From Synechococcus sp. (GTDB lineage: Bacteria; Cyanobacteriota; Cyanobacteriia; PCC-6307; Cyanobiaceae), in contig JBJBEO010000001.1 in NCBI GenBank assembly GCA_047284725.1, positions 1,336,203 through 1,400,202 of the forward strand: a stretch of DNA of 64,000 bases, given 5' to 3'. Position numbers and translations under genes: made by a program. How positions within the stretch are numbered: position 1 is the stretch's first letter; each line of letters opens with the position of its first letter. The notes under the pieces were generated by a model, which saw only the letters and a list, made by a program, of their open reading frames with translations, ran no database searches and had not been told where the DNA came from. Below, in pieces: positions 31,958 to 41,676 of the stretch.

Positions 31958-33256
31958 ATGGGACTTTGCCATGGGATCCTGAGCCACCAATCCCAAGGTC
32001 TGCAACTGACGCACCACCTGAGCCAACACTGCTTCGACAACGGCAGTCGCTGTGTTGTGGCCCCGATGCCTGATGCGGGGCTCACCTGCCTTGATTTCTG
32101 GTGCCGAGCGGGAAGCAGCTTCGAGCAGCCTGGTGAAGAGGGGCTGGCTCATTTTCTCGAACACATGGTGTTCAAGGGCAGCAAGCAACTGAGGGCCGGC
32201 GACTTCGACCTCAAGGTCGAGGCGCTGGGCGGCAGCAGCAATGCCGCCACGGGGTTTGACGATGTGCATTTTCACGTGCTCGTTCCACCGGAAGGAGCGC
32301 TCGAGGCCCTGGAATTGCTGCTCGATCTCGTCCTTGAGCCAGCGCTGCGCCCCGATGCTTACGCGATGGAACGCGACGTGGTGCTGGAGGAGATCGCCCA
32401 ATACCGCGATCAACCAGATGAGCAGGTGGTGCAACACCTGCTGGGGGCCAGCTGTTGCAACCACCCATACGGCCGACCGATTCTCGGCTGGGAGGACAGC
32501 CTGCTGGCGAGCACGCCTGAGACAATGGGGGCGTTTCATCGACGCCGTTACACCGGAGACAACTGCTGTCTTGTGGTCGCAGGCGCTGTTCCGGATGGGC
32601 TGACGGAGACCATTGCCACCAGCCGTTTGGTGCAACTGCCACGCCTGAAAGGAAGCGACTCCGTTGACAGTCCTTCCAGCCTGACCTTCCAACGAGGGCG
32701 CACCAGCCTCGAAGTGGAGCGCCTTGAAGCGGCCCGTTTTCTGATGGCCTGGCCCACGGCGTCAGCAGACGATCAACACCAGGTGATGGGGATGGATTTG
32801 GCCACCACCCTGCTGGCGGAAGGACGATGCAGCCGTCTGGTGGCGCGGCTGAGAGAAGAGCTTCAGATCGTTGAATCCATCGACATGGATCTGACCTCCC
32901 TTGAGCGTGGCAGCTTGGTGATGCTGGAGGCCTGCTGCCCGCCGGAACACATCAGCCAGGTGGAGGAAGAGGTGTTCAAAGTCCTCACGGCGTGTGCATC
33001 GGCACCAGTGCAGGAGACGGAAATGTCCCGGGGTCGGCAACTGGTCGGCAATGGTCTGCGCTTCAGCCTCGAAGCCCCGGGATCGATGGCAGCGATGACA
33101 GGTCCCCAGGCCCTGTGGCGCAGCGCCCAGGATCCCCTCGAACCCCTGAACGACCTTGGACGCTGGACTGCAGACGACCTCCAGCACCTGGTGTTCAATC
33201 AGCTGCAGCCTGACCAGGCTTTCACTCTGGTGGCACTACCCGACGAGGAGGCGTGA
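31958..33256 (+). CDS. M16 (pitrilysin) zinc peptidase, catalytic subunit
   Basis: GLAHFLEHMVFKG (HxxEH), NAATG, ERDVVLEE and HPYGRPILG motifs. Confidence 0.92.
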   Translation: MGLCHGILSHQSQGLQLTHHLSQHCFDNGSRCVVAPMPDAGLTCLDFWCRAGSSFEQPGEEGLAHFLEHMVFKGSKQLRAGDFDLKVEALGGSSNAATGFDDVHFHVLVPPEGALEALELLLDLVLEPALRPDAYAMERDVVLEEIAQYRDQPDEQVVQHLLGASCCNHPYGRPILGWEDSLLASTPETMGAFHRRRYTGDNCCLVVAGAVPDGLTETIATSRLVQLPRLKGSDSVDSPSSLTFQRGRTSLEVERLEAARFLMAWPTASADDQHQVMGMDLATTLLAEGRCSRLVARLREELQIVESIDMDLTSLERGSLVMLEACCPPEHISQVEEEVFKVLTACASAPVQETEMSRGRQLVGNGLRFSLEAPGSMAAMTGPQALWRSAQDPLEPLNDLGRWTADDLQHLVFNQLQPDQAFTLVALPDEEA

Positions 33257-34515
33257 TGAAACATCTGGATCTGATCCTCGACCCGATGGCCACACCAGGA
33301 GTCCTGGCTGCCAAGGCCTGGATGCGTCGCGGCAGCGGCGCTGATCCCATCGGACAACGTGGAGTGCATCAACTGCTCGGCTCACTTCTGAGTCGAGGCT
33401 GCGGACCCTATGGCCCCATGGAGATGGCTGATCTCGTGGAGGGGTGTGGCGCTGGCCTGCGCTGCGACACCAACGAAGACGGCTTGCTGATCAGCCTGAA
33501 ATGCCGCGATCAGGATGGGGGGAAACTCCTGCCGCTGATCGGTTGGATGCTGCGTCACCCCCTGTTACGGCCTGATCAGGTGGATCTGGAGAAAGAGCTC
33601 AGTCTGCAGGCGCTGCAGCGCCAGAGAGAAGATCCTTTTCACCTCGCGTATGACGGCTGGCGCTCTCTGGCCTACGGCTCAGGCCCTTACGGCCATGACC
33701 CCCTGGGCGTTGCAGAGGACTTGAAACAGCTGACACCAGAGGCTCTGCATCCCTTCGCCAACCAGCTGGAAATGGAGGGATCTGTTCTCGCCCTGTCGGG
33801 CACCATTCCAGAGTCGCTTCTCAGCCTGCTCACCGAGCATGAGGCGTTCACGAGTTCACCGCGTGACGAGGCAACAACCGAAACCTCCCCCCATGCGCCT
33901 CAGGCAGTGAACGACGAGACCAACGGCAGCCAGACGGTCTGCCTGAAGGTGCAGAAAACCGAGCAGGTGGTGCTGCTGCTCGGGCAGCCGTCACTGCCCC
34001 ATGGTCATCCCGATGATCCAGCCCTGCGCTTGCTTCAGGCGCATCTGGGCCAAGGCATGTCGAGCCTGTTGTTCCGCAGACTGCGAGAGGAGCATGGCGT
34101 CGCCTACGACGTTGGCCTGCACTATCCATCGAAGGCGGGAGCCTCGCCTTTTGTGATGCACGCAGCAACGAGCACCGAGCGGGCTGCGCTCACCCTGAGG
34201 CTGTTGCTGCAGAGCTGGGATGAGATGCACAGCGACTGCTTGTCCGATGAAGCCTTGGCCCTGGCGCGGGTGAAGGTACGAGGTCAGATGGCCCATGCCT
34301 CCCAGACGACAGGCCAGAGGGCGGAGCGACGCGCTCAGCTCAGAGGTCTCGGCCTGCCGGATGATTACGACCAGCAATCCCTCGCTGCGATGGACGCCAT
34401 GGATGGAGCTGAGCTTCAGCGCATCGCAGCCAAACACCTGCAACGCCCCCTGCTCAGCCTGTGTGGTCCTCCGGACAGTCTCAGGACTCTGGCGGCGGCG
34501 TGGGAGGCAAGGTGA
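33253..34515 (+). CDS. M16 peptidase-like non-catalytic subunit
   Basis: M16 fold motifs (GPYGHDPLG, LFRRLREEHGVAY) but HxxEH is replaced by HQLLGS; overlaps the upstream gene. Confidence 0.88.
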   Translation: MMKHLDLILDPMATPGVLAAKAWMRRGSGADPIGQRGVHQLLGSLLSRGCGPYGPMEMADLVEGCGAGLRCDTNEDGLLISLKCRDQDGGKLLPLIGWMLRHPLLRPDQVDLEKELSLQALQRQREDPFHLAYDGWRSLAYGSGPYGHDPLGVAEDLKQLTPEALHPFANQLEMEGSVLALSGTIPESLLSLLTEHEAFTSSPRDEATTETSPHAPQAVNDETNGSQTVCLKVQKTEQVVLLLGQPSLPHGHPDDPALRLLQAHLGQGMSSLLFRRLREEHGVAYDVGLHYPSKAGASPFVMHAATSTERAALTLRLLLQSWDEMHSDCLSDEALALARVKVRGQMAHASQTTGQRAERRAQLRGLGLPDDYDQQSLAAMDAMDGAELQRIAAKHLQRPLLSLCGPPDSLRTLAAAWEAR

Positions 34516-34717
34516 CGCTGAGGTGGTCGATGGGCACCAGAAAGGTGCCACGGCGAAACCGAACGGCAGCCATCTGCATCGGCCTCAAGCCCACCACTTC
34601 TCCGCATTCATCTGTCGTGACCAAATCGGGAGGACGGAGCATCGGCATCGGATCCGCCGTCTTGAGATAGGCAAGGGGTCGCACCAGTTGCACCTGATCA
34701 CCAATCGAAACGTCCAT
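34481..34717 (-). CDS. sipA: SipA (DUF3148), NblS/Hik33-interacting protein
   Basis: IGDQVQL...YLKTADPMPMLRPPDLV...AVRFRRGTFL. Confidence 0.88.
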   Translation of the reverse strand: MDVSIGDQVQLVRPLAYLKTADPMPMLRPPDLVTTDECGEVVGLRPMQMAAVRFRRGTFLVPIDHLSVTLPPTPPPES

Positions 34718-34773
34718 GAGCCCTGGGCAATCCACCTCTCCTACTGCAGGATGGGTCCAGCTGTAGTCATTCC

Positions 34774-35340
34774 GTGCGGGCACTTGCCACCTGGAGCGGC
34801 GCCCTAGCCGGACTGATGCTGATCCTGGTGGGAAGCCTGATTCCAGCAGCTCTGATCTGGCCTGGCATGCCTGTTCAGGTCCTGGCGATGCCCAGCACCT
34901 GGCAGGTCCCCGCCCTCTTGCTCTGTGCCCTGGTTTGTGGCCCACGGGCCGGAGTGATCGCAGCGACGGCCTATCTCACGGTCGGGCTTGTTGATCTTCC
35001 GGTGTTCCATGGTGGAGGTGGTCCCGGCTATCTGCTCAACCCAGGATTCGGCTATCTGGCTGGATTTGTGCCGGCGGCCTGGCTGTGCGGAAGACTGGCG
35101 CAGCAGGAGAAGATGAACGATGTCGCCCGCTTGAGCCTGGCTGCAATCGCGGGCCTGGTGATGCTTCAACTCTGTGGTCTGCTCAACCTCCTCCTCGGGG
35201 GGGTGCTTGGTCGCTGGCTGGAGCCTCTGCCGGATCTGATTTACCGCTATGGCTTGGGTCCCCTGCCCGCTCAGCTTGCCCTTTGTGTGGCAGCTGGACT
35301 CCTGGCTCACCCCATTCGCCGCCTTTTGCTGATCCAATGA
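34774..35340 (+). CDS. bioY: Biotin transporter BioY
   Basis: TWQVP, AYLTVGL..LPVF.GG and PGFGYLAGF motifs; multiple TM segments. Confidence 0.9.
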   Translation: MRALATWSGALAGLMLILVGSLIPAALIWPGMPVQVLAMPSTWQVPALLLCALVCGPRAGVIAATAYLTVGLVDLPVFHGGGGPGYLLNPGFGYLAGFVPAAWLCGRLAQQEKMNDVARLSLAAIAGLVMLQLCGLLNLLLGGVLGRWLEPLPDLIYRYGLGPLPAQLALCVAAGLLAHPIRRLLLIQ

Positions 35341-35840
35341 TGCGTATAGGTCGCAGGTTGGTTTTGCCGAGCCATCTCTCTCGCGGTCCCTTGCTGCTGC
35401 TCAGCAGCGTGATCGTGATGGTGGATCAGTTCAGCAAAGCCTGGGTACGCGATCAGTTGCAGCTTGGTGTTCCCAGTCCATTCCTACCGGGATTGCTGCA
35501 GTGGCGATGGGTGCGCAACACGGGTGCAGCCTTCAGTCTGTTCAGCGACTCCACACCAATGCTGGCGTTCTTGAGCCTGGCGGTGGGATTGATCGTTGCC
35601 CTTTGGATTTGGCGCAGTCGCCAACAACCTGTATGGCAGGGCCTGGCCATGGCTTTTCTGCTTGGTGGCACCCTCGGCAATGGCATTGATCGCTGGAAGC
35701 TTGGCCATGTGACCGATTTCATTGAACTCGTTCCAGTGTCATTTCCGATCTTCAATGGAGCTGATATCGCCATCAACCTCGCCGTGGTCTGCTTCGTGAT
35801 TGATGCCTTGAGCCGCCGCCATGAGTCTCCATCCGCCTGA
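35337..35840 (+). CDS. lspA: Lipoprotein signal peptidase II
   Basis: DQFSK, NTGAAFS, GGTLGNGIDR, VTDF and FNGAD motifs. Confidence 0.95.
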   Translation: MMRIGRRLVLPSHLSRGPLLLLSSVIVMVDQFSKAWVRDQLQLGVPSPFLPGLLQWRWVRNTGAAFSLFSDSTPMLAFLSLAVGLIVALWIWRSRQQPVWQGLAMAFLLGGTLGNGIDRWKLGHVTDFIELVPVSFPIFNGADIAINLAVVCFVIDALSRRHESPSA

Positions 35841-38016
35841 ACACTCCAGGCGGGCTCCTGGCAATGCCGTTCATCCAGCGGATCCCCATCGATGGCGCCT
35901 GCGCATTGAGCAGCAAGGCTTCGCGGATCGAGAGCTTGCCCTTGAAGGGGAGGGATATCGCCTCGGCCGTGATCGAGACCTGGAGATCACGGTTGACCAC
36001 CCGGCCGTGAGTCGAGAGCACGCGCTGCTGATCCGTTGCGGCAATCACTGGCGACTGCAGGATCGTCAGTCGACCAATGGCCTGTGGTGGAAGGGGCATC
36101 GCATCCGCGATCTCGACGTCCGTGACGGAGATCACGTGAGACTGGCGCCTGCCTCTGAAAGCGGAGCCCCGGTGCTTCACTTCATCCACCCCGCCGAACG
36201 ACTGGGGCACCAGTTGAAGCGGGCCCTGGCGATGGCTTTACTGGCTGGACTTGGTGCCGGTAGCGTGCTTCTGGCCCTGGCGGCCCTCACCGTGCCGGTG
36301 CGGGGCAGGCTGGCCACGGTGCAGGGCCCGATTGCCATCTACGACCGCGACAAGGCACCCTTGCCCTCCGGCGATTCAGGGCGCCACAGGGAACTGCCCT
36401 CCCTGGACAGCTTTTCACCGGTGGTGATCGACGCTCTGCTCAGCAGTGAAGACAACCGATTCTGGTGGCATCCAGGGGTCGATCCCATCGGGACACTGCG
36501 GGCCTTCCTGACCAATTTCAGCGGTGGCACCGTCAAGGAGGGAGGCAGCAGTCTCACTCAACAACTGGCCAGAAGCCTCTACCCCGACCAGGTGGGCCAG
36601 GGCGACACCCTGGGGAGGAAGTGGCGCGAGCTGCTGGTGGGCATCCAGCTTGAAAGCCGTTTCAGCAAAGGAGAGCTGCTGCTCAGTTATCTCAACCGGG
36701 TCTACCTGGGGGTGGGTTGGGGCTTTGAAGATGCAGCCCAGGCCTACTTCAATCGTTCAGCAGACGAGCTCAGCCTTGAAGAGGCTGCTCTGCTGGTGGG
36801 GCTGCTGCCCTCTCCCAACGGGCACGACCCCTGTTCCTTTCCCGAGCGGGCCCTGAACGCCCGCAACCGCGTCATGAACAAGATGGCCGACGCTGGTCGC
36901 CTCTCCATTGCACAAGCGCGGCAGGCACGACGTCGCCCAATCGCGCTGGCTCCCACAGCCTGCATCAACAGCGCTCGGCAACGCTCCGCACCCTTCTACA
37001 CAGACCAGGTCCGCCGCGATCTCAGCACCCTGGTGGGTCCTGATGTCGCCGCAGAAGGGAACTTTCTGATCGAGACCTACCTCGATGCAGACCTCCAACA
37101 CCTTCTGCAACAGAAACTGCAAGAACTCCTGCGCAACGCTGGAACTCTTGGGTTGACCGAAGGTGCTGCCGTGGTGCTCGACAGCCGCACCGGTGGGGTG
37201 CTGGCCATGGTCGGTGGTCGGGATTACCGGAGCAGCCAGTTCAATCGGGCCACCATGGCGCTGCGCCAACCGGGCAGCACCTTCAAGCTGATGACGTTCC
37301 TGGCGGCCCTCGATCAGGGGCTCACCCCAACCGCTCAGGTCGACTGCGGTCCTTTGCGTTGGGGCGGTCAACTGTTCAGCAGTGACTGCAGCGGCTCCAT
37401 CAGCCTCAACCACGCCTTCGCCAGCAGCAGCAACACAGCAACGCTTCGCTTGGCTCAACGCGTGGGGCTGGACCAGGTGGTGCAACAGGCAAGGCAACTC
37501 GGCATCGGAACCCCCATGCATGCTGTACCGGGCCTGGCGCTTGGCCAGAGCGAAGTACGGCTGATCGACCTAACAGGTGCCTATGCAGCCGTGGCCAATC
37601 AAGGCGTCTGGCATCAACCCAGCACAATCCGACGACTGGTGGATGCGGAGACCTGTCACGTCGAACGGCTGAATGACTGTGCCAGCTTTAACGCGACCGG
37701 TACCCACATCGCTGGCGCCCGTCAGGCCATCCCCCAGCCCCAGGCCCGCGCCATGCAGGGCATGCTCCGCAGCGTGGTGCGCACAGGCACGGGTCGCAAC
37801 GCGTCCCTCGGCGGGAATGAGGGTGGCAAAACCGGCACCACCAACGACGGCCGCGATGTGTTGTTCATTGGCTACGACCCCGGAAGGAACTGGACACTCG
37901 GTGTTTGGCTCGGCAACGACGACAACAGCCCAACCGCTGCCTCCAGTGCCTTGGCAGCCTCGCTCTGGAGCGACATCATGCGATCGGCCCGACAGGGGAG
38001 TCGCAGCACACCGTGA
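35821..38016 (+). CDS. Class A penicillin-binding protein with N-terminal FHA domain
   Basis: FHA (LGRD, VSREHA, STNG); TM segment; GT51 (EDNRFWWHPGVD, GGSSLTQQLAR, RKWRE); transpeptidase (GSTFK, SSN, GKTG). Confidence 0.92.
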   Translation: MSLHPPEHSRRAPGNAVHPADPHRWRLRIEQQGFADRELALEGEGYRLGRDRDLEITVDHPAVSREHALLIRCGNHWRLQDRQSTNGLWWKGHRIRDLDVRDGDHVRLAPASESGAPVLHFIHPAERLGHQLKRALAMALLAGLGAGSVLLALAALTVPVRGRLATVQGPIAIYDRDKAPLPSGDSGRHRELPSLDSFSPVVIDALLSSEDNRFWWHPGVDPIGTLRAFLTNFSGGTVKEGGSSLTQQLARSLYPDQVGQGDTLGRKWRELLVGIQLESRFSKGELLLSYLNRVYLGVGWGFEDAAQAYFNRSADELSLEEAALLVGLLPSPNGHDPCSFPERALNARNRVMNKMADAGRLSIAQARQARRRPIALAPTACINSARQRSAPFYTDQVRRDLSTLVGPDVAAEGNFLIETYLDADLQHLLQQKLQELLRNAGTLGLTEGAAVVLDSRTGGVLAMVGGRDYRSSQFNRATMALRQPGSTFKLMTFLAALDQGLTPTAQVDCGPLRWGGQLFSSDCSGSISLNHAFASSSNTATLRLAQRVGLDQVVQQARQLGIGTPMHAVPGLALGQSEVRLIDLTGAYAAVANQGVWHQPSTIRRLVDAETCHVERLNDCASFNATGTHIAGARQAIPQPQARAMQGMLRSVVRTGTGRNASLGGNEGGKTGTTNDGRDVLFIGYDPGRNWTLGVWLGNDDNSPTAASSALAASLWSDIMRSARQGSRSTP

Positions 38017-39611
38017 AGGGCAACAAACGCCTGCTGTTCTGGGGAGGAGCAGCGCTCATCGCCCTTGTGGTGATCGGCATGGTTCTCCAGGCCATCCGCA
38101 ACCTCTTGTGGGACCTGAGCTACTGGTTGCCCGCCTGGATGGTGGGTCCTGTGCTGTTGCTGGGTGCAGCTCTGATCGTGACCGTTCTCACCCAGCTGGT
38201 CTGGCCCTGGTACAAGGGCTGGAAACAGCAATCAAGGTTGGGGGGAGCAGCCAACAACCCCTCACCGGTCGCCCCAGACACCCGTCGTCTGGCCGCCGAA
38301 CAGAGCCTGGAAAGCATCGATCGCCTCCTGGATCGACTCAAGGATGACGTGAGCCGTGAAGGGCTTCGCCAGGAGCGGGAGCGGGTGGCCCAAGAACTTC
38401 AGCGGGGTGATCTCACCGTGGTGGTGTTCGGCACAGGATCCAGCGGCAAAACATCCCTGATCCGGGCGTTGCTCAATGAAATCGTCGGCGATGTGGGGGC
38501 GACGATGGGCACCACCACAGAAACCAAAACCTATCGCTTGCGACTGAAAGGCCTGCGACGGGGTCTGCAGCTGGTTGACACCCCGGGGATTCTCGAAAGC
38601 GGGCGTGATGGACAGGAACGTGAACGCGAAGCACGCAGACGAGCCAGTCGGGCCGACCTGATGCTGGTGGTGGTGGATGGTGATCTGCGGGCGGCCGAAC
38701 TGGAGGTCACCCGCCACCTTGCGGGCCTTGGCAAACGCCTCCTACTGGTGCTGAATAAGTGCGACCTGCGCGGTGAGGAAGAGGAACGCCGCCTCCTGGC
38801 GTTGTTGCAACAGCGTTGCGCCGACTTGCTGAGCCCAGCCGATGTGATTCCCACGAGCGCAGCCCCCCAATCCGTGCCTCGGCCTGGCAAACAGCCGTGG
38901 CAAGCACCAGCAGAGGTGGAGTCGCTGTTGCGGCGACTGGCGACCGTTCTGCATGCCGATGGAGAAGAACTCCTCGCTGACAACATTCTCCTGCAATGCA
39001 GGCATCTGGGGGAAACCGGCAGGTCGTTGCTGGATCAACAACGCCAGCGGGAAGCAAGGCGCTGCGTCGATCGCTACAGCTGGATCAGTGGGGGACTTGT
39101 GGCCGCAACGCCGCTCCCAGGGGTGGACCTGCTGGGGACAGCTGCCGTCAATGCCCAGATGGTGGTGGAAATCGCCGGTGTCTACGGCGTGTCTCTGACA
39201 CGTCAACGTGCCCAGGAACTCGCCGTTTCGGTGGGGCGCACTCTGGCAGGGGTGGGCGTTGTCAAAGGTGGCGTTTCTTTGATCGGAGCTGCGTTAAGCC
39301 TGAATCTGCCAACCCTGGTGCTGGGGCGAGCCGTACAGGGTGTTGCCGCGGCTTGGCTCACTCGCATCGCAGGAGCCAGCTTCATCACCTACTTCCAACA
39401 GGATCAGGACTGGGGCGATGGAGGCGTCCAGGATGTGGTCCAGCACCACTACGACCTCAATCGACGCGAGTCAGCCCTGGAACGGTTTCTTCAATCGGCT
39501 GTCAGACGTGTGGTGGAGCCCCTGCAACGGCAGGTGCAGCGCCAGTTACCACCCCGACCAGGGCCTCGGGCGGTGGAGGACGCATCGCCCCCCTGGAATC
39601 AAGCACCGTGA
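38013..39611 (+). CDS. Membrane-anchored Era-like GTPase with DUF697/YcjF-like C-terminal domain
   Basis: GTGSSGKTS, DTPG, NKCD and ATPLPGVD motifs; GTG start overlaps the PBP stop. Confidence 0.88.
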   Translation: MKGNKRLLFWGGAALIALVVIGMVLQAIRNLLWDLSYWLPAWMVGPVLLLGAALIVTVLTQLVWPWYKGWKQQSRLGGAANNPSPVAPDTRRLAAEQSLESIDRLLDRLKDDVSREGLRQERERVAQELQRGDLTVVVFGTGSSGKTSLIRALLNEIVGDVGATMGTTTETKTYRLRLKGLRRGLQLVDTPGILESGRDGQEREREARRRASRADLMLVVVDGDLRAAELEVTRHLAGLGKRLLLVLNKCDLRGEEEERRLLALLQQRCADLLSPADVIPTSAAPQSVPRPGKQPWQAPAEVESLLRRLATVLHADGEELLADNILLQCRHLGETGRSLLDQQRQREARRCVDRYSWISGGLVAATPLPGVDLLGTAAVNAQMVVEIAGVYGVSLTRQRAQELAVSVGRTLAGVGVVKGGVSLIGAALSLNLPTLVLGRAVQGVAAAWLTRIAGASFITYFQQDQDWGDGGVQDVVQHHYDLNRRESALERFLQSAVRRVVEPLQRQVQRQLPPRPGPRAVEDASPPWNQAP

Positions 39612-39702
39612 TCAGCAGCAGATAAATCACCCCGATCGCGACAGAAAGAGCGCCGGTGATGATGGCCACCCAGCGACCTCTCGATGATGGGGGTTGCGCC
39701 AT
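39502..39702 (-). CDS. Small conserved cyanobacterial membrane protein
   Basis: RGRWVAIITGALSVAIGVIYLLLITVLDSRGAMRPPPPEA; TGATG coupling to the decarboxylase gene. Confidence 0.75.
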   Translation of the reverse strand: MAQPPSSRGRWVAIITGALSVAIGVIYLLLITVLDSRGAMRPPPPEALVGVVTGAAPAVAGAPPHV

Positions 39703-41138
39703 CAGTGGAAACCCTCAACAGATTCATTCAGGATCTCAGCCAGCTGGTCGAGATGGTGGTCCTGGGTATGGGGGTTGCCCAGCACAGCCTTGAGGTGATG
39801 CACCCCTGCATACAGCGGTCTCGACAGCATCAACTGCTGATCGAGGAGATGCTGACGGGTGGTGCGAGACCAGGACTCGATCCTGGAGGCGTCATCTCCA
39901 TGGGGACAACAGGCCACGACGTGCAACGCCCCACTGCGAATCGACAACCGGCACGGATCGAGCTGGTCCTGAAGGCGCTGGCGACGCTGAAGCGCATCAG
40001 TGAGCAGCGTTGCAATTCCCTGTTCTCCAAGCTGTCGCAATCCCAGCCAGAGCTTCAGCACTTCAGCGGGTCGGGTGCCCTGCAAACCCTGCTCACCACC
40101 ATGACCTGCACCCCAGGCCGGTTCCATGTAGGGCAAACCCGTGGCAAAGGCATCAGCGAGAACGTCGCAATCGGCCACCAGCAACAGCGATGAGGTCTTG
40201 GTGATGCCGAGAAGCTTCTGGGGATTGACCGTGATCGAAGCGGCACGTTCAAGGCCAGGAAGGAGATCCCTCGACACATTCGCCAGTGCGAACACGGCTC
40301 CGATGGCCCCATCCACATGCAGCCACAGCTTGTGCCGCTCACAGAGATCAGCCAGCTCAACCAGCGGATCGATGGCACCACGCACCGTCGTGCCGGCCGT
40401 GGCCACCACGGCCAGGCAAGGCCGCTGTAGCAAGCGGAGCTGCTCAAGGCGCTGCTCCAGAACACAACACTGCATCCGACCCTGTTCATCCACAGGGATC
40501 AGCTCCAGGGCGTCAGGCCGCAATCCCATCACCCGCACCGCCTTTGAAAGCGACACATGCGCATCCGCACTGGCGATGACGACGGCATCCATGTTGTGAT
40601 CCAGCCCCTGATGGTGACGAGCCACCACCAAGGCATTCAGATTGCTGAGGCTGCCGCCACTGGCCGGCACCCCGCCTGCCGTGGGCGGCAGGCCCAGACG
40701 GGAGGCGAACCAGCAGGAGAGCTGCCGTTCCAAGCTGGTGAGGCTGGGGGAGAGTTCCTCGGCCAGCAGGTTGTTGTTCAGGCCGGCACAGATCAGATCG
40801 GCGGCAATGGAAGCGGTGAGAGGTGGTGGGTCCAGGTGTGCCAGGGCACCAGGATGGGAAGGCTGAAACGCCCCATCCATCACCAGCTGAAGATCATCCA
40901 AAAGACGACTGGCCTCAAGTCCCTGAGCCTCTGGAGCAACATCGGGCAAGACCGACAGACTGGGAAGTGGAGCGCGCCCATGGGCTTCACCAAGCCAGTG
41001 GCACAAACGGGAGGATGCAGCGTGCAGGAACTGTTCCAGCGCCGGGTCAAGCCCCTGTGGGGAGGCGAATGGAGCAAGGGGCTCGGTCGAAACAGGCTGG
41101 ACTTTGCCGACCAAGGGCTCGCGCACGGAGGCTTTCAT
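39702..41138 (-). CDS. Group II PLP-dependent amino-acid decarboxylase (substrate uncertain)
   Basis: HPGALAHLDPPP, GGSLSNL, AHVSLSKA, ATAGTTVRGAIDP, WLHVDGA and NPQK (PLP lysine) motifs; start uncertain. Confidence 0.9.
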   Translation of the reverse strand: MKASVREPLVGKVQPVSTEPLAPFASPQGLDPALEQFLHAASSRLCHWLGEAHGRAPLPSLSVLPDVAPEAQGLEASRLLDDLQLVMDGAFQPSHPGALAHLDPPPLTASIAADLICAGLNNNLLAEELSPSLTSLERQLSCWFASRLGLPPTAGGVPASGGSLSNLNALVVARHHQGLDHNMDAVVIASADAHVSLSKAVRVMGLRPDALELIPVDEQGRMQCCVLEQRLEQLRLLQRPCLAVVATAGTTVRGAIDPLVELADLCERHKLWLHVDGAIGAVFALANVSRDLLPGLERAASITVNPQKLLGITKTSSLLLVADCDVLADAFATGLPYMEPAWGAGHGGEQGLQGTRPAEVLKLWLGLRQLGEQGIATLLTDALQRRQRLQDQLDPCRLSIRSGALHVVACCPHGDDASRIESWSRTTRQHLLDQQLMLSRPLYAGVHHLKAVLGNPHTQDHHLDQLAEILNESVEGFH

Positions 41139-41187
41139 TGTCCACCGTGATGGCACATTGACCAAAGAGAGGTTTTTGGTCGACGGC

Positions 41188-41676
41188 TTGAACCAACCGC
41201 TCCACCTGTCTGAACAGCAGCAACGGCTCTGGATGGCCCGCTTGCTGCGTCGGGCGCAAACACTCGGTCACCAGGGCGAGGTTCCCGTAAGCGCTGTGGT
41301 TCTGGATGCGAAGGGACGGACAATTGGCTTTGGAGGCAATCAACGGGAACGGGACCAGGACCCCCTGGGCCATGCCGAATTGGTGGCCATGCGCCAGGCG
41401 ACACGCGTTCGCGGCGACTGGCGTTTAAACGACTGCACACTTCTGGTGACACTGGAACCGTGCCCGATGTGTGCTGGCGCTCTGGTTCAAGCCCGAGTCG
41501 GACATCTGATCTATGCGGCCAGAGATCCCAAACGAGGGGCCATGGGGAGCACCCTTGACTTGAGCAACCACATCAGTGCCCATCACCACATGCAGGTCAC
41601 AGGCGGTGTGATGGGCAGCGAAGCCAGTGCCATGCTGGCGAGCTGGTTCAAGCAGCGGCGACAGAGGTCTTGCTGA
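41188..41676 (+). CDS. tadA: tRNA adenosine(34) deaminase
   Basis: GEVPV, DPLGHAE, TLEPCPMCAGAL and DPKRG motifs. Confidence 0.88.
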   Translation: MNQPLHLSEQQQRLWMARLLRRAQTLGHQGEVPVSAVVLDAKGRTIGFGGNQRERDQDPLGHAELVAMRQATRVRGDWRLNDCTLLVTLEPCPMCAGALVQARVGHLIYAARDPKRGAMGSTLDLSNHISAHHHMQVTGGVMGSEASAMLASWFKQRRQRSC

